Positions 19,988 through 31,516 of a stretch of DNA of 64,000 nucleotides are shown here, in pieces; position 1 is the stretch's first letter, and every line of letters begins with the position of its first letter. Origin of the DNA: Myxococcales bacterium (lineage in GTDB: Bacteria > Myxococcota_A > Polyangia > Polyangiales > Polyangiaceae); the NCBI GenBank assembly GCA_016720545.1, contig JADKKK010000003.1, forward strand, positions 345,516 through 409,515. Direction: 5' to 3'. The translations under genes were made by a program, and so were the position numbers. The notes under the pieces were generated by a model. The model worked only from the letters and a program-made list of their open reading frames with translations, had not been told where the DNA came from and searched no databases.

Positions 19988-20933
19988 ATGCGCGCCCTCT
20001 TCCTTGCACTGCCGCTGATTCTCGCACCATTCGCCACCTTCGCGTGCTCCAGCGACGATCCGGGCGATTCGGGCACCTCGCCGACGTCCACGTCCACCAC
20101 CACGACGCCCGTGCCCTCCGTGCTCCCCGACGGCGCCCCCAACCCGACGCCACGGCGACGACCGACGGCGGGGCCCCGGTCCCGACGGCACGGTGCCCCT
20201 GACCGACAGCGGCAACCGTCCACGCCCGGCGTCGTCGGAGCGAACGGCATCGCCGACTGGGACGCTCGGCGACAAGGCCCAGGTCAAGGTATTCCGCAGC
20301 TTCTTCTTGCACCAGTCGGTGGGCGGCGACCTGGAGGACGTCGCGCAGTTCAACGGCTACAAGTTCGAGTACGCGACGAGCGGCTCCACGAACCTCAGGC
20401 CGGGGCTCAACGGCGGGCTGTTCTCCACCAGCAACGGCAACCCGGCGGGCAAAATCGCCGAGTTTCGCTCGATGGCGCTGGCCAACAAGTCGAACCTCCG
20501 CGTGGCGATCATGAAGTTCGGCTACGCCGACATCGTCGCCGGCAAGGTCGCGGGCGCGCAGACCGCCTACGAGGCGGCCGTCGCCGCCGTGAAGGCCGAG
20601 GGCGTGCGCGTGCTCCACGTCACGCCGCCGTTCGTCTACAACGTGCCCGCAGAGAACGCGCCCAAGCAGGCGATGCGCACGTGGATGATGACCACGTTCC
20701 CGAACGACATCATCTTCGACCTGCAAGACATCGAGAGCACCGAGCCCGGGAGCGGCACGCGCTGCGAGCGCGGCGGCTCGTGGGAGATCTGCAACTCGAT
20801 CCGCTCGACGAGCGGCTGTGCGAGCCTCAATCAGGGCGTCGACTCGGCCTCGGGTCAGGGCCACCTCTGCTACACGCACGCCAAGCGCATCTCGAAGGCG
20901 TTCCTTTACGCGATCTACCTCGCGGGCAAGTGA
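19988..20933 (+). pseudogene. Lipoprotein of unknown function; one frameshift between the signal/linker and the body
   Basis: MRALFLALPLILAPFATFACSSDDPGDSGTSPTSTSTTTTP lipobox. Body ...KVFRSFFLHQSVGGDLEDVAQFNGYKFEYATSG...LHVTPPFVYNV... Confidence 0.55.
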
Positions 20934-20988
20934 GGGCACCCACGCGGGCTGTGGCTCGGCGCGGGAGAGCGCCCGCCACGCATCGCCT

Positions 20989-21558
20989 TTAGCGCGCACG
21001 CGGGAGGGGCACGCGCACCTCGCGACGGGCCGCGCCCGCGTCGGCGACGTCGCTCACGAGGAACGGCATCTCGAGGCGGCGCTTTACCGGCACGCACACC
21101 GCGTGGGTCGCCTCGTCGCACACCACGAGGTCCACGGTGCCAGCCAGGCCGGCCTCGGGGGCGCCGCGTGCGGCGACCACCCGCACGTCGAACCCACGGG
21201 AGACCTCCCGCCCCTTCCCACGCAGCTCGGGCGGCACCTCGGCGAGGCCTTCGCTCGTCGTCCACCTCACGTGAAAAGGGGCGTCGTCGTTCACCGCCGT
21301 TCCCAGCGGCGCCTCCCACGCGACGTGGATGGTCGTCGCGGCGCGCGACGAGATCGTGACGGCCGGCACGACCACGCTCACGGCGGCCGCAGGCGGCGGC
21401 GGGGATGGGGATGGGGCGCCCGCGTCGGGAGGATGGACGTCGGGCTTGGGGCCCCCGGCGCGCGAGCACCCGACGACGAGCGCGAGCACCGCCGCCAGGC
21501 CCCGACGCGCCCGCACGCGCGAGGCGCGCGAACCGCAGAGTGCCGAGCGCGCGATCAC
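20989..21558 (-). CDS. Lipoprotein (189 aa), unknown function
   Basis: LAAVLALVVGCS lipobox. Intact. Confidence 0.55.
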   Translation of the reverse strand: MIARSALCGSRASRVRARRGLAAVLALVVGCSRAGGPKPDVHPPDAGAPSPSPPPPAAAVSVVVPAVTISSRAATTIHVAWEAPLGTAVNDDAPFHVRWTTSEGLAEVPPELRGKGREVSRGFDVRVVAARGAPEAGLAGTVDLVVCDEATHAVCVPVKRRLEMPFLVSDVADAGAARREVRVPLPRAR

Positions 21559-22856
21559 GTGCCTAGGGGAATGCCGAGCGATTTTCCGATCCCACAGGCC
21601 GCTGTCGCCCCCACCGCCGTCGGGCGCGTGCGTACCGCCGCCGTCGTCCGAGGCGCGCCCGAAGAACCGAGCAGCTCGTCACGGCGCGCCTGGGCGTCCG
21701 CGCGCCCCATCTCGATGAGCTGCCGGCAGAACGGCCCGTCGAACAGCAGGTAGCTCGCGAGGTCGGCCTCGTCGCCGCCTCCGATGTCCAGGAGCGAGAA
21801 AAGACGCTTCGTAAGTAATGGATTTCCCTGAAACTTTCCCTTCCGCACGTGGACGGCGGCGAGCTTCCCGATGTCCTCGCTCGGCCTCACCGTGAGCGCC
21901 GTCACGTGGCGGTAGGGGCGCGCGCCGCGGCGCTCGGCCTCGACGCTCATCGCTCGCGTGAAGTCGGGCCCGTAGACCTTCGTGCCGTCGGCGACGACGT
22001 GGTTCACGCGGTTCAGCATCTCGATGTCGACGTCGACGTGGTCGAGCAGGAACGCGTTCAGGGCTTCCCGAGCAGGAACGCGGCACCGGGCGAGCGCGCG
22101 CTCTCCTTGGCCGGCTCGACGACGCCGCGGACCTCACGCGAGCCTCGCGATGGCAAAGATGTGGGTCGCGCCGAGGGCGAGGGCGGGCGCGATGGGCGTG
22201 TTCTGGCGGAGCCCTCCGTCGAGGTAGAGGTCGTGATCGATGCGCACCGGCGGGAACAGCAGCGGGATCGCCGCGCTCGCGAGCGCGTGCACCGGCCCGA
22301 TGTGCGCCTGGCGGAAGAGGGTCCGCGGGGGCACGACGTCGGGCATCGCGACGTTCGGTGCAGTCTGCACAAAAATCACCGTGCGGCCCGTCGCGACCTC
22401 GGTCGTCGACACGGTCAGCGCGCGGAGCTTGTTCTTGCGGAGCGAGCGGGCGACGGCGCGCCAGGAGATCTCTCGCCCGACGAGATCGGCCATCGGGCTC
22501 ACGTCGAAGAGGCCCGTCCCCGCGCCCCCGCCCATCACCACGCTGGGGAGCCCGGCGAACTGGCGGAGCCCGAAGCCCAGCACGCGGGTGATCTCGAGCT
22601 CGGACCACAGGTGCACGAGCCGGCGCAGGCCTAGCACGGGATCGGCGAGGTGCGCGGCGAGGTAGCACGCGTTGATCGCGCCCACGCTGGTGCCAGAGAG
22701 CACGTCGACGCGAGGCGGCCCGCCGCGCATCCGCGTGAGCTCCTCGAACACGTAGGAGAGGACGCCCACCTCGTACGCGCCGCGGGCGCCGCCGCCCGAG
22801 AAGATCATGCCGACGCGCTTCGGCGTGGGCTCGCCCCCGCTGGTGATGCTGGTCAT
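21555..22856 (-). pseudogene. Patatin-like phospholipase, frameshift between 22134 and 22019
   Basis: GGGARGAYEVGVL (oxyanion Gly-rich loop), LSGTSVGAIN (GxSxG nucleophile), DGG motif DLYLDGGL. Confidence 0.75.
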
Positions 22857-25800
22857 TTCTTCTCCGACGGCGGCAACGAGCGGGCGCCAAGCATGGCGGT
22901 GAGCTCGCTCGGTCGATCCGCGCGACGACCAGCGGCGAGGGCGTGGTGTCGAAGAGCGCGGCCACCATCGCGCGCTGCGAGTAGAGCTTCCGCAGGCGCA
23001 TGTTCCGGATGGTCTCCATCACGCCGGTCGCGTAGTCGACGGCGCGCTGTCACGTGGCGGCCGCCTGGGGACCCGCGCGCTTCAGCGCGTCGGCGCACAA
23101 GGTGCGCACGTCGAGCCCGTACTCGCTGCCTTGGAGCGCCTCGACCGCGCCGAGGGCGGTGGTCGCGAGCAGGGTGGCCGAGTGCACCTCGCCCGCGTCG
23201 ACGCGGGCCGAGGCCTCGATCGCGAACGCGTAGAAATGATAGGCCACGAGCGCCTGCTTCTCGGCCATCCGCCGGGCCTCGATCGCGAGCTCGATGGCCT
23301 TCTGAGGCTCGCGGCGCGCCTGCGCGATCGCCGCGCCCACGACCAGCCCGTGCGCCCGCCACCCGCCTCTTCGAGAGCGCCGTTGTCGAGAGCGACCTCC
23401 GGCGCTCACGAGCAGCGTGTCGGTGCGACCGTCTTTGTCGGCGTAGCGCTCTGGGCATCGCGCGCGCTGGAGGTAGGCCGCCGCGCGTGGCACGTCGCCG
23501 AGGCGCGAGTAGGCGTGCCCGATGTTGGCGAGCGTCTTGGCGGCTGGAACCGGCCGCCCACGGAGAGGTCGATTTGGATCGACTCGAACGCGAGCGCGAT
23601 GGCGTCTTCGTAGCGACCTTGCACGGAACATGGCGTAGGCGAGCGCGTTTTTGGCCCGCGCCTCTTGGCGATGCGCGCCGCTCTTGCGGTAGATCGCGAT
23701 CGCCTGCACGTAGTCGTCCACGGCCTCGCGCACTCGCCCCACACGACGGAGCAGCACCCGCGAGAGCGCAGCGCGTCGGCGCGCAGCCGCGGCGGCACGT
23801 TGGCGTTCACGTCGGGGTTCGCGGCGGCGAGCGCGCGGTCGGCCGCCGCGAGCGCCGCCTGCGTCGCCGAGCTCGCGACAGCTCGCTCGTGAGCGACTCG
23901 GCCTCGATCTCCAGCTGAAGGAAGCCGGAGCCGCGGGCGATTTGGGCGGCCTTCCGGGCGATCGGCAGGCCGTGGGGCAGCCGCCCTTCGTCGAGATCGA
24001 AGCGGGCCGTACGGAGGAACGCGAGGCACACGCTTCGAGGCGTACCGACGTGGCGCGCGCACGCGCGCATGCCCTCGAGCTGCGCGACGCGATCGCGCTT
24101 GCGGCCGAGCATCCGGTAGATGCCCTCGAGCGCCTCGTGCGCGACGAGCCTTCGCGGGTCGTCGATGGTGAGCTGGAGGAGGGCGCGCTTGTAATAACGG
24201 ACGGCGAGCGGCGTCTGGTAGGTCGTGCGCGCCGCGGTGGCCGCCTCGATGTAGTAGTGCGCCGCGCGCTCGCCGTCGTCGCCGCGGGCAAAATGGCTGG
24301 CCACGATCGCCGCGGAGACACCCCTCGCGAGCGGGGTGCCGGTGAGGTGCTCGCCGAGCGCCTTGTGCATTCGGGCTCGCGCGGTGGCAGAGAGCGCTCC
24401 GTAGGCGACGTCGCGCGTGAGCGGGTGGCGGAAGTCGAGGTCGCTCCCGCGCCGATCGCGAACCCCCGCTCGCAGAGGCGGGCGGCGGGCTCGGTGGCCA
24501 CGCTCGGGACGGAGCTCCCCTCAGCGAGCAACCGCTCCAGGTCGGGGACGGCGAGCGGACCGCCCGCGATCGCGAGCCAGTCCACGATGCGCCGCTCACG
24601 AGGCGGGAGCTCCTCGATGCGGTCGGCGAGGAGCTGCTCGAGCGTCTGGGGGAGGAAGAACTCGCGCTCGCCCTCCTCGGCGCGGACCAGGGCATCCTCC
24701 CGGATCTCGAGGACGCCCCGCTCGAGGAGCGCGTCGACGAGCTCGAGCAAGAAGAACGGATTGCCCCCCACGCGCGGGAGCAGCTCGGCGCACACCTCGC
24801 GGACCCCCTCCTTCACGCCGATGCGTGTCTCGACGAGCCGCACCTGCTGGTCGCCCGAGAGGCCGTGCAGCTCGATGCGCACCTTGCCCTCGAGGAGGGG
24901 GGCGAGACGCTCGTCGGGTCGGGTCACGAGGACCACCAAAATAGGCAGTGGATCCGTGGATTTCAGCAGATCCGCGAGGACGTCGAGGCTCGGCTTGTCG
25001 GCCCACTGCAGGCCCTCGGCGACGAGCACGACGGGGCCATCGGCGGCGAACGCGCCGAGGAGGTTGCGCACGCTCGTGACGAGCAGGCGCTTCTGGTAAG
25101 CCGCGTCGTCGTTGTCGCCCTGTCCAGACGGGCGGTTCGTCACGAGCTCGGCGAGCCGCGCGACCATGGGGTTGTCCCCCTTCGCGCCGGGTCCGCCCGC
25201 GGGCCCGAGCACCTCGACGACCTCCGCGTAGCTCTCCTCGCCCGTGAGCGCGGCGGCCGATCGGACGAGCTCGGCGATCGTCGCGAACGGCACCTCCATC
25301 CGCACCGGCGAGCACTCGGCGCGCACGATCCGCGCGTTCGGCGGCAGCTCGGCGAGGAAGCTGTGGACGAGCGCGGTCTTGCCGATACCGAGCTCACCGA
25401 CGACGGCGCGCGCGCTCATCTTGTCGTGGCTCGTGGCGTTCATCGCCGCGTGGTACGCCGCGACCAGCTCGGCCTTCTCCGCGTCCCGCCCGACCAAATC
25501 GTGCGGCGACGCCCCGAGCCGATCGCGCTCCTCCCGCGAGGCTGCGCTCGAGCGTGTAGATGCGCATCGTCGGCGGAGGTTTGGGACGTCGGTGTCGCTC
25601 GGGAAGTCGAGGCTCGGCGCGTCGCCCCAGCGAAACTCCCGGCGCACGAGGCGGTAGAGCCCGCCCGCGACCCACGTGGTGTTCGGCGGGGTCTTCCGGC
25701 TGAGCGTGTCGGCCAGGTAGGTGACCGGATCGTGCAACGTGTACCGGACGAGGTTCCCGCTCGCGTCGCGGATGCCCGAGGCGATCCCGCGGACCAGCGT

Positions 25801-27203
25801 CATCGTGGCCGACACGGGCGCGGGGAGATCGTCCGCCAGCGCGGCGAGGGCCTCGTGGGTCTCCAAGGCCAGCCACGCGGAGTCGGAGGGGGCGCGCGCG
25901 TGCCGCGCGGTGAGGCCTACGACGGCGCGGGCCTGGAAGTCGGAGGTCCACTGCCACCGCGCACCGCGCTTGTAGGCCATATCGTCGAGCATCGGGCGGA
26001 GCCGCAGGATCGCCCGCGCGAGGCGCGCGCGTTCGCCTTCGGTGAGCACCTGCTGCGGGGCGAGCTCGAGCGTCACGAGCGCGATGTGCCGCACCTCGCG
26101 GTGCTCGCCGCCGCGCTTGTTGGGCCTCGACGACGCGGGCGCGCGATCGCTCGCGATCGCCACCGGCGCCGCGGGGTTCGTGAGCTCGGGCCCAGGCGCG
26201 GGGGACCCGCCGCGATCGCCGCGACGATCGCTCGGCCGCGGGAGGAACGCGTGGATCGTCGCCTCCAGGGGCCGCGCCGTCCACCAGCTCTTGGCGCGAC
26301 AGGAGCGCTCGACCGATGGCCGCCACGAGCTCCCTCCCCGTCGCGTAGCGGCCCTCGGGCCGCGGCGCGAGGAGCTTCATCACGATCTGCTCGAGCTCGG
26401 CGGGCAGATCCATCGCGAACGTGCTCGGCGGCTCGACGCGGCCCGTGCGGACCACCTCGAGGAGCGCCGTCCCGGTGGCGCTGCCGGCGGGACCGGCCGG
26501 AGAGGCACTCCCAGAGGATGACGCCGAGCGAGTAGAGATCGCTGCGGCGGTCGACCCGCTCCCCGCGGGCCTGCTCGGGCGACATGTACCCGTACTTGCC
26601 CTTGATGACCCCCTGCTCGTCCTGCAGGAAGCGCGCGCTCGCGATGCCAAAATCCGCAATTTTTACGCTGCCGTCGTAGGAGAGCAGCACGTTCTGGGGC
26701 GACACGTCGCGGTGAACGATCTCGAGCGACGCGCCGCCGTCGTCTTTCTTCTCGTGCGCGTAGTGGAGGCCCTTGGCCACCTCGGCGATGACGTAGGCGC
26801 TCACCCAGGGCGGCAGGCGCACGCCGGCCGCGCGGGCGGCCGCGACGATCATGCCGAAGTCCGGGCCCTCGACGTACTCCATCGCGAGGATGTGCCCCTC
26901 GGCCCCCTCGTTCGAGAAGTCGTAGACCTGCACCACGTTCGGGTGGTTCAGGCGGGTGGCGAGCTGCGCCTCGTCGATGAACATCGTGCGAAAGCGCCGC
27001 GACGCCCCGAACGAGGGCAGGATGCGCTTGACGACGACGATCTTCGAGGTGCCCTCGGCGCCGCTCTTGCGCGCCAGGAACACCTCGGCCATGCCGCCCG
27101 CGCCGAGGCGCCGAAGCACGTCGTACTGCGCCAACTTTTCGGGGAAAGATTCAGTCACGGCGTGCGCGGTGTCGATGGACGGGCTTGGCCCCGTAGCCCC
27201 CAC
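22853..27203 (-). pseudogene. Multidomain signalling protein: N-terminal Ser/Thr kinase, cyclase-like region, AAA/STAND ATPase (Walker A GELGIGKT), long TPR array. Multiple frameshifts. Could alternatively be two adjacent genes.
   Basis: Kinase: LGAGGMAEVF, VVVKRI, HRDVSPQNVLL, KIADFGIA, GYMSPEQ. AAA: LVGRDAEKAEL...GELGIGKTALVHSF. TPR-like helices through 23100. The C-terminus shifts frame to end ...ARIDRASELTAMLGARSLPPSEKK with an ATGA overlap onto patatin. Confidence 0.6.
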
Positions 27204-27374
27204 CCCGGGAAAGTGCTGTCACCAGCGCCGCCCAGTGTACCCGCGTTCACGAGGGCGGCGCTCAGGAAAACCACGCGCGGAGGGGCGACGCGAGGGCGAC
27301 GCAGGGGCGAGCCACGCGGCGATCGCCGCCCGCGACGGTTTCACGCTCGCCTCGGCTGGTGATGCAGGATATTT

Positions 27375-29095
27375 TTGAGCCTGATGGAAGCCTTGCCCCC
27401 GCCGACGGCTGCCGGTCTGCTCGCAAAGACGCCGCTGGCGCACCTTTTCACCTACGTGATGGAGCGACGCCTCTCGGGCTCGCTCGTCCTCCGCCGCCCC
27501 GACGGCTGGGGCGGGGCCATCGTCTTCTTCGAGGGCCTGCCCCGAAAGGCCGACGCGCCGCCAGAGATCGCCCCGTCCGATCCCGGGGCGCTGGCAGCGC
27601 TCGAGGCGCAGGTGCAGTGCCTCTTCACCTTCCCGCCGGCCACGCAGTTCGCGTTCTACGAGGGGCGCGACACGCTGCAAGAGCGCGGGCCTGGCTTCGT
27701 CGAGGCCGATCCCCTGCGGCTCTTGTGGGCCGGGGTCCGCATGAACCCCTCGTGGGATCACGCGAACGCGGCGCTCGCGCGCCTGCAGACCGTGGCGATC
27801 CGCCTGAAGGCGTCCGCGGCCCCCGAGCGGTGCGGTTTCGACGCGAGCGAGCTGCAGATCGTGGAGCTGCTGCGGCATCGCCCGCTGTTCCTCGGCGACC
27901 TCACGGCGGCGCGCCTGGTCCCGCCGGCCCTGGCTCACTTGTTCGTCTATTTCATGCTGATCACGAAGCAGCTCGACCTGCTCGAGGCGCCGCCGGGGAT
28001 GAAAGCACCTCCGATCGTGCCGCTGGGGCCGCAGGCGCACCCGCAGCAGCCGCAGCCCTCGTTTCACCCGCACGCCGCGCATGCCCCACACGCGCATGCC
28101 CACCACGCCGCCCCGGCTCCCGGCATGAGCCCGATGCCCCAGGCCTACGCGGTCCCCGGCGCGCCGCCCGCGACGCGTCAGCACCCGCCTTCGGACGCGC
28201 CGTTCAACCCGTTCTCCGACCTCTCGCTTGGCCCGCCCCCGCCCGTCCCGGCGACCCGTTCGCGCCCACCTCGAGCCCAAGCTCCCGCCGAACGGGGCGG
28301 CCGGCGTGGCGGCGCCCCCGACGCGCCACAAGCCGACGCTGAGCGACGCTGACAGCGCCCCTGTGGGCCCGGGTCGTCGCCAAGGCGGCCTCGATCGACG
28401 AAGAGGACCACTACCAGGCGCTCGGGATCGCGCCGGCGACCCCGAAGGAAGACATCCAGAAGGCCTTCTTCGCCCTCGCCAAGACGTGGCACCCGGACAA
28501 GCTGCCGTCGACGCTCGGCGAGCTCCGCGACGCGTGCAGCAAGGTGTTCGCGCGCATCACCGAGGCGCACGCGGTCCTGACCGACGTGGCCCGGCGCGAG
28601 GAGTACGACAAGAACCTGCGCGACGGCACGGGCGGCGCGGCCGAGCAGGCGGAGGTCCAGCGCGCCCTCGAGGCGGCCAACAATTTCCAGAAGGCCCTCG
28701 TCTACTTGAAGCGCAACGACACCGCGACGTGCGAAGAGCTCGCGCGGAAGGCGCTCGAGGCCGACTCGACGCAGGCCGACTACCTCGCGCTCGTCACCTG
28801 GCTCGACGCCCAGAAGCCCCACAACCTGAACTTCGATCGCACCCGCGAGCTCATTCTCAAGCTCGACAACGCGATCGCCATGAACGGCAGCTGCGAGCGC
28901 GCCCACTTCTATCGAGGCATGCTCCACAAGCGCACGGAGAACCCGAAGCAGGCCCTGAAGGACTTCAAGCGCGCGGTGGAGCTGAACCCCCACAACCTCG
29001 ACGCCGCCCGCGAAATTCGCCTCCACGGCATGAGGCAGCCGTCCAAGGGAGAAGAGGGCGTCGGGGGGCTCCTGGGCCGCTTCTTCAAGAAGTAG
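27375..29095 (+). pseudogene. DUF4388-like N-terminal domain, HP/Q-rich linker, DnaJ J-domain and TPR-like C-terminal region; frameshift around 28300-28340
   Basis: LFTYVMERRLSGSLVLRRPDGWGGAIVFFEG. J-domain DHYQALGIAPATPKEDIQKAFFALAKTWHPDKLP (HPD motif). The J-domain N-terminus has no in-frame start, so it must continue from the upstream frame. Confidence 0.6.
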
Positions 29096-29110
29096 CCCGC
29101 GCCCCGCCCC

Positions 29111-30112
29111 ATGTCCTCCACCACTCCGACCCCGGCGCCCACGCACTCGTCCGCGAGCGCCGCGGGGCGCGCGGGCGTCGTCCTCGGCACCATGAATTTC
29201 GGGGCGCGGACGCCCGCCCGCGACGCTGAGCGCCTCGTCGCGCTCGCGCTCGAGCGGGGCGTCACGCGCGTCGACACCGCGAACCTGTACGCGGGCGGCG
29301 AGGCCGAGCGAATCCTAGGGCGCACGCTCGCGAGCGTCGCCGGGGCTCGCGACCGCGTGCACCTCGCGAGCAAGGTCGGCGCGCAGCCCACCGGCGGCGC
29401 GGGCCGCGGGGCCGAGGGCCTCTCCCACGCGCGGGTGCTCGCGGCGGTCGACGAGAGCCTCACGAGGCTCCGCACCGAACGAATAGACCTGCTCTATCTC
29501 CACGTACCCGACCCCGCGGTGCCCATCGCCGAGACGCTCTCGGCCATCGCGCACCTGCTCGAGCGCGGGAAGATCCTCGCGTGGGGCGCCTCGAACTACG
29601 CGGCGTGGCAGCTCGTGGAGCTCTTCGCAGCAGCGGAGGCCGCCGGGATCCCGCCGCCCGCGCGCGCGCAGCAGCTCTACAACGCGCTCGTGCGGCAGCT
29701 CGACGTCGAGTACCTCCCGTTCGCCGCCCGGTACGGGCTCGCCACCGAGGTCTACAACCCGCTGGCGGGCGGGCTCCTCACCGATCGGCACGCCGACGTC
29801 ACCGCCGATCGGCGCGGATCGCGCTTCTGGAAGAACAGCCGCTACGAGCGCCGCTACTGGAGCGCGCCTCTGTTCGCGCGGCGCGCCGAGCTCGCCGCGC
29901 TGGCCGAGTCGCTCGGGGTCTCGCTGGTCACGCTCGCGTACCGCTTCCTGCTCGCGCGGGGCGTGGCCGGGGTCGTGGTGGGCCCGGCCACGGCCGCTCA
30001 CCTCGACGCGGCGCTCGACGCGCTCACCGCGCCGCTCGACCCCCCGGCGATGGCGGCCATCGACAAGCTGCATACCGCATGGATCGGGACCGATGCCTGC
30101 TACGCCCGGTGA
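29111..30112 (+). CDS. Aldo/keto reductase
   Basis: VLGTMNFG, VDTANLYAGGEAE, LYLHVPD, GASNY. Intact 333 aa. Confidence 0.85.
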   Translation: MSSTTPTPAPTHSSASAAGRAGVVLGTMNFGARTPARDAERLVALALERGVTRVDTANLYAGGEAERILGRTLASVAGARDRVHLASKVGAQPTGGAGRGAEGLSHARVLAAVDESLTRLRTERIDLLYLHVPDPAVPIAETLSAIAHLLERGKILAWGASNYAAWQLVELFAAAEAAGIPPPARAQQLYNALVRQLDVEYLPFAARYGLATEVYNPLAGGLLTDRHADVTADRRGSRFWKNSRYERRYWSAPLFARRAELAALAESLGVSLVTLAYRFLLARGVAGVVVGPATAAHLDAALDALTAPLDPPAMAAIDKLHTAWIGTDACYAR

Positions 30113-30902
30113 TCCGTCGACCCTCCCGTACGACCTCGACGGCGCGCTCGCGCACTACCGGGCCCACGGCTACGCGCGGCTCGGGCGCCTGCTGGAGGAG
30201 CCCACGCTCGCGGCGCTCCGCGCGCGCATCGACGCGCTGATGCTCGGCGAGATCACCTACCCGGGCGTCTTCTTCCAGCGCGACACCGAGACCGGCGAGT
30301 ACGACGACCTCGCCTACGGGCGCGGGTACGAGGGGCCGTCGCTCAACTACCGCAAGGTCGAGAAGCTCGAGAAAGATCCGCTCTTTCTTGCGTGGATCGC
30401 GCACCCGTGGCTCGAGCCGCTCGCGCGCGCGGTGTACGGCGGCGACGTCACGCTCTACCGCGCGCTCGTGTTCAACAAGGCGGCGGCGACCGGGGGCTCG
30501 CGCCTGCCTTGGCACCAAGACGGCGGCGCGTTCTGGGGCCTCGACCGCGAGCCGGGGCTCCAGGTGTGGACGGCCCTGGACGACGCGCCGGAAGACGGCG
30601 GCTGCCTCGAGGTCGTGCCGGGGAGCCACGCCGCGGGCCTCGTGACGCCTCTCGGAGGCGTGGTGCCGGCGGAGGCCATCGCACGCGAGCGCCCCGAGGC
30701 GCGTTCGCTCCTCTTGCCCGCGGCGGCGGGCGAGGTGCTGCTCGTGCACAACCACCTCTGGCACCGCTCGGCGCGGAGCACCACGGGCAAGCCGCGCCGC
30801 GCCCTCACGGTCTGCTACCTCGACGCCCGCACCACGTGCCGCCGCAAGAAGCGCGCGCCGCGCGAGTTCTTCAAGGTGTTCCCGCGCGACCCGCGCGAGT
30901 AG
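30093..30902 (+). CDS. Phytanoyl-CoA dioxygenase (PhyH) family Fe(II)/2OG oxygenase
   Basis: WHQDGGAFW (HxD), ...HNHLWHRS. Intact. Confidence 0.75.
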   Translation: MPATPGDPSTLPYDLDGALAHYRAHGYARLGRLLEEPTLAALRARIDALMLGEITYPGVFFQRDTETGEYDDLAYGRGYEGPSLNYRKVEKLEKDPLFLAWIAHPWLEPLARAVYGGDVTLYRALVFNKAAATGGSRLPWHQDGGAFWGLDREPGLQVWTALDDAPEDGGCLEVVPGSHAAGLVTPLGGVVPAEAIARERPEARSLLLPAAAGEVLLVHNHLWHRSARSTTGKPRRALTVCYLDARTTCRRKKRAPREFFKVFPRDPRE

Positions 30903-30961
30903 TTTCGCGTCCCGCACGATTCCCCCTTTACGTCCGGGCGGCGCGGCGCGATACCCGCGGC

Positions 30962-31486
30962 ATGAGCGAGCGCCTCGTCCCGATGATCACCGCCGATGAA
31001 ATCCGAGCCCGCACCGCGGAGCTCGGCAAGCAGCTCACCGAAGACTACAAGGACAAGGCTCTCGTGCTCGTGTCGGTGCTGAAGGGGAGCTTCATCTTCG
31101 CGGCCGACCTGATGCGCGCCATCGACCTGCCGTGCCGCATCGACTTCCTGGGCGTGCGCTCCTACGGCGCGGGCACCGAGACCAGCGGCGTCGTGCAGAT
31201 CACGAGCGACCTCACGCGCCCCATCGACGGCCAGGACGTGCTCATCGTCGAGGACATCGTCGACACCGGGCTCACCATCGCGCACCTCATGGATCTCTTC
31301 CGAACGCGCAACCCGCGCAGCGTGAAGGTGTGCGCCCTCCTCCATAAGCCAGCGCGCGCGCGGGTCTCGGTGCCCGTCGACTACCTGGGCTTCACGATCG
31401 AAGACAAGTTCGTGGTCGGCTACGGCCTCGATTTCGACGAGAAATACCGCAACTTGCCCTACGTCGGCGTGATCGAGCGCGACTGA
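30962..31486 (+). CDS. hpt: Hypoxanthine phosphoribosyltransferase
   Basis: [17 protein letters not shown] and PRPP-binding [13 protein letters not shown]. Confidence 0.9.
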   Translation: MSERLVPMITADEIRARTAELGKQLTEDYKDKALVLVSVLKGSFIFAADLMRAIDLPCRIDFLGVRSYGAGTETSGVVQITSDLTRPIDGQDVLIVEDIVDTGLTIAHLMDLFRTRNPRSVKVCALLHKPARARVSVPVDYLGFTIEDKFVVGYGLDFDEKYRNLPYVGVIERD

Positions 31487-31516
31487 GACGGCGAGGGTCC
31501 ACGCCCTCGCGCTCCG

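Noticed and set aside
19863-20999. 378-aa minus-strand ORF and other 200 to 500-aa ORFs overlapping called genes on the opposite strand (for example 9983..10996, 16739..17929, 21679..23022, 62311..63870)
   Set aside because: High-GC artefacts. Composition dominated by Arg/Ala/Gly/Pro, no motifs, and each overlaps a recognisable gene.
16502-21558. Type VI secretion locus around the PAAR protein
   Set aside because: No VgrG, Hcp, TssB/C, baseplate or ClpV-like genes anywhere in the window, and the PAAR protein carries a signal peptide.
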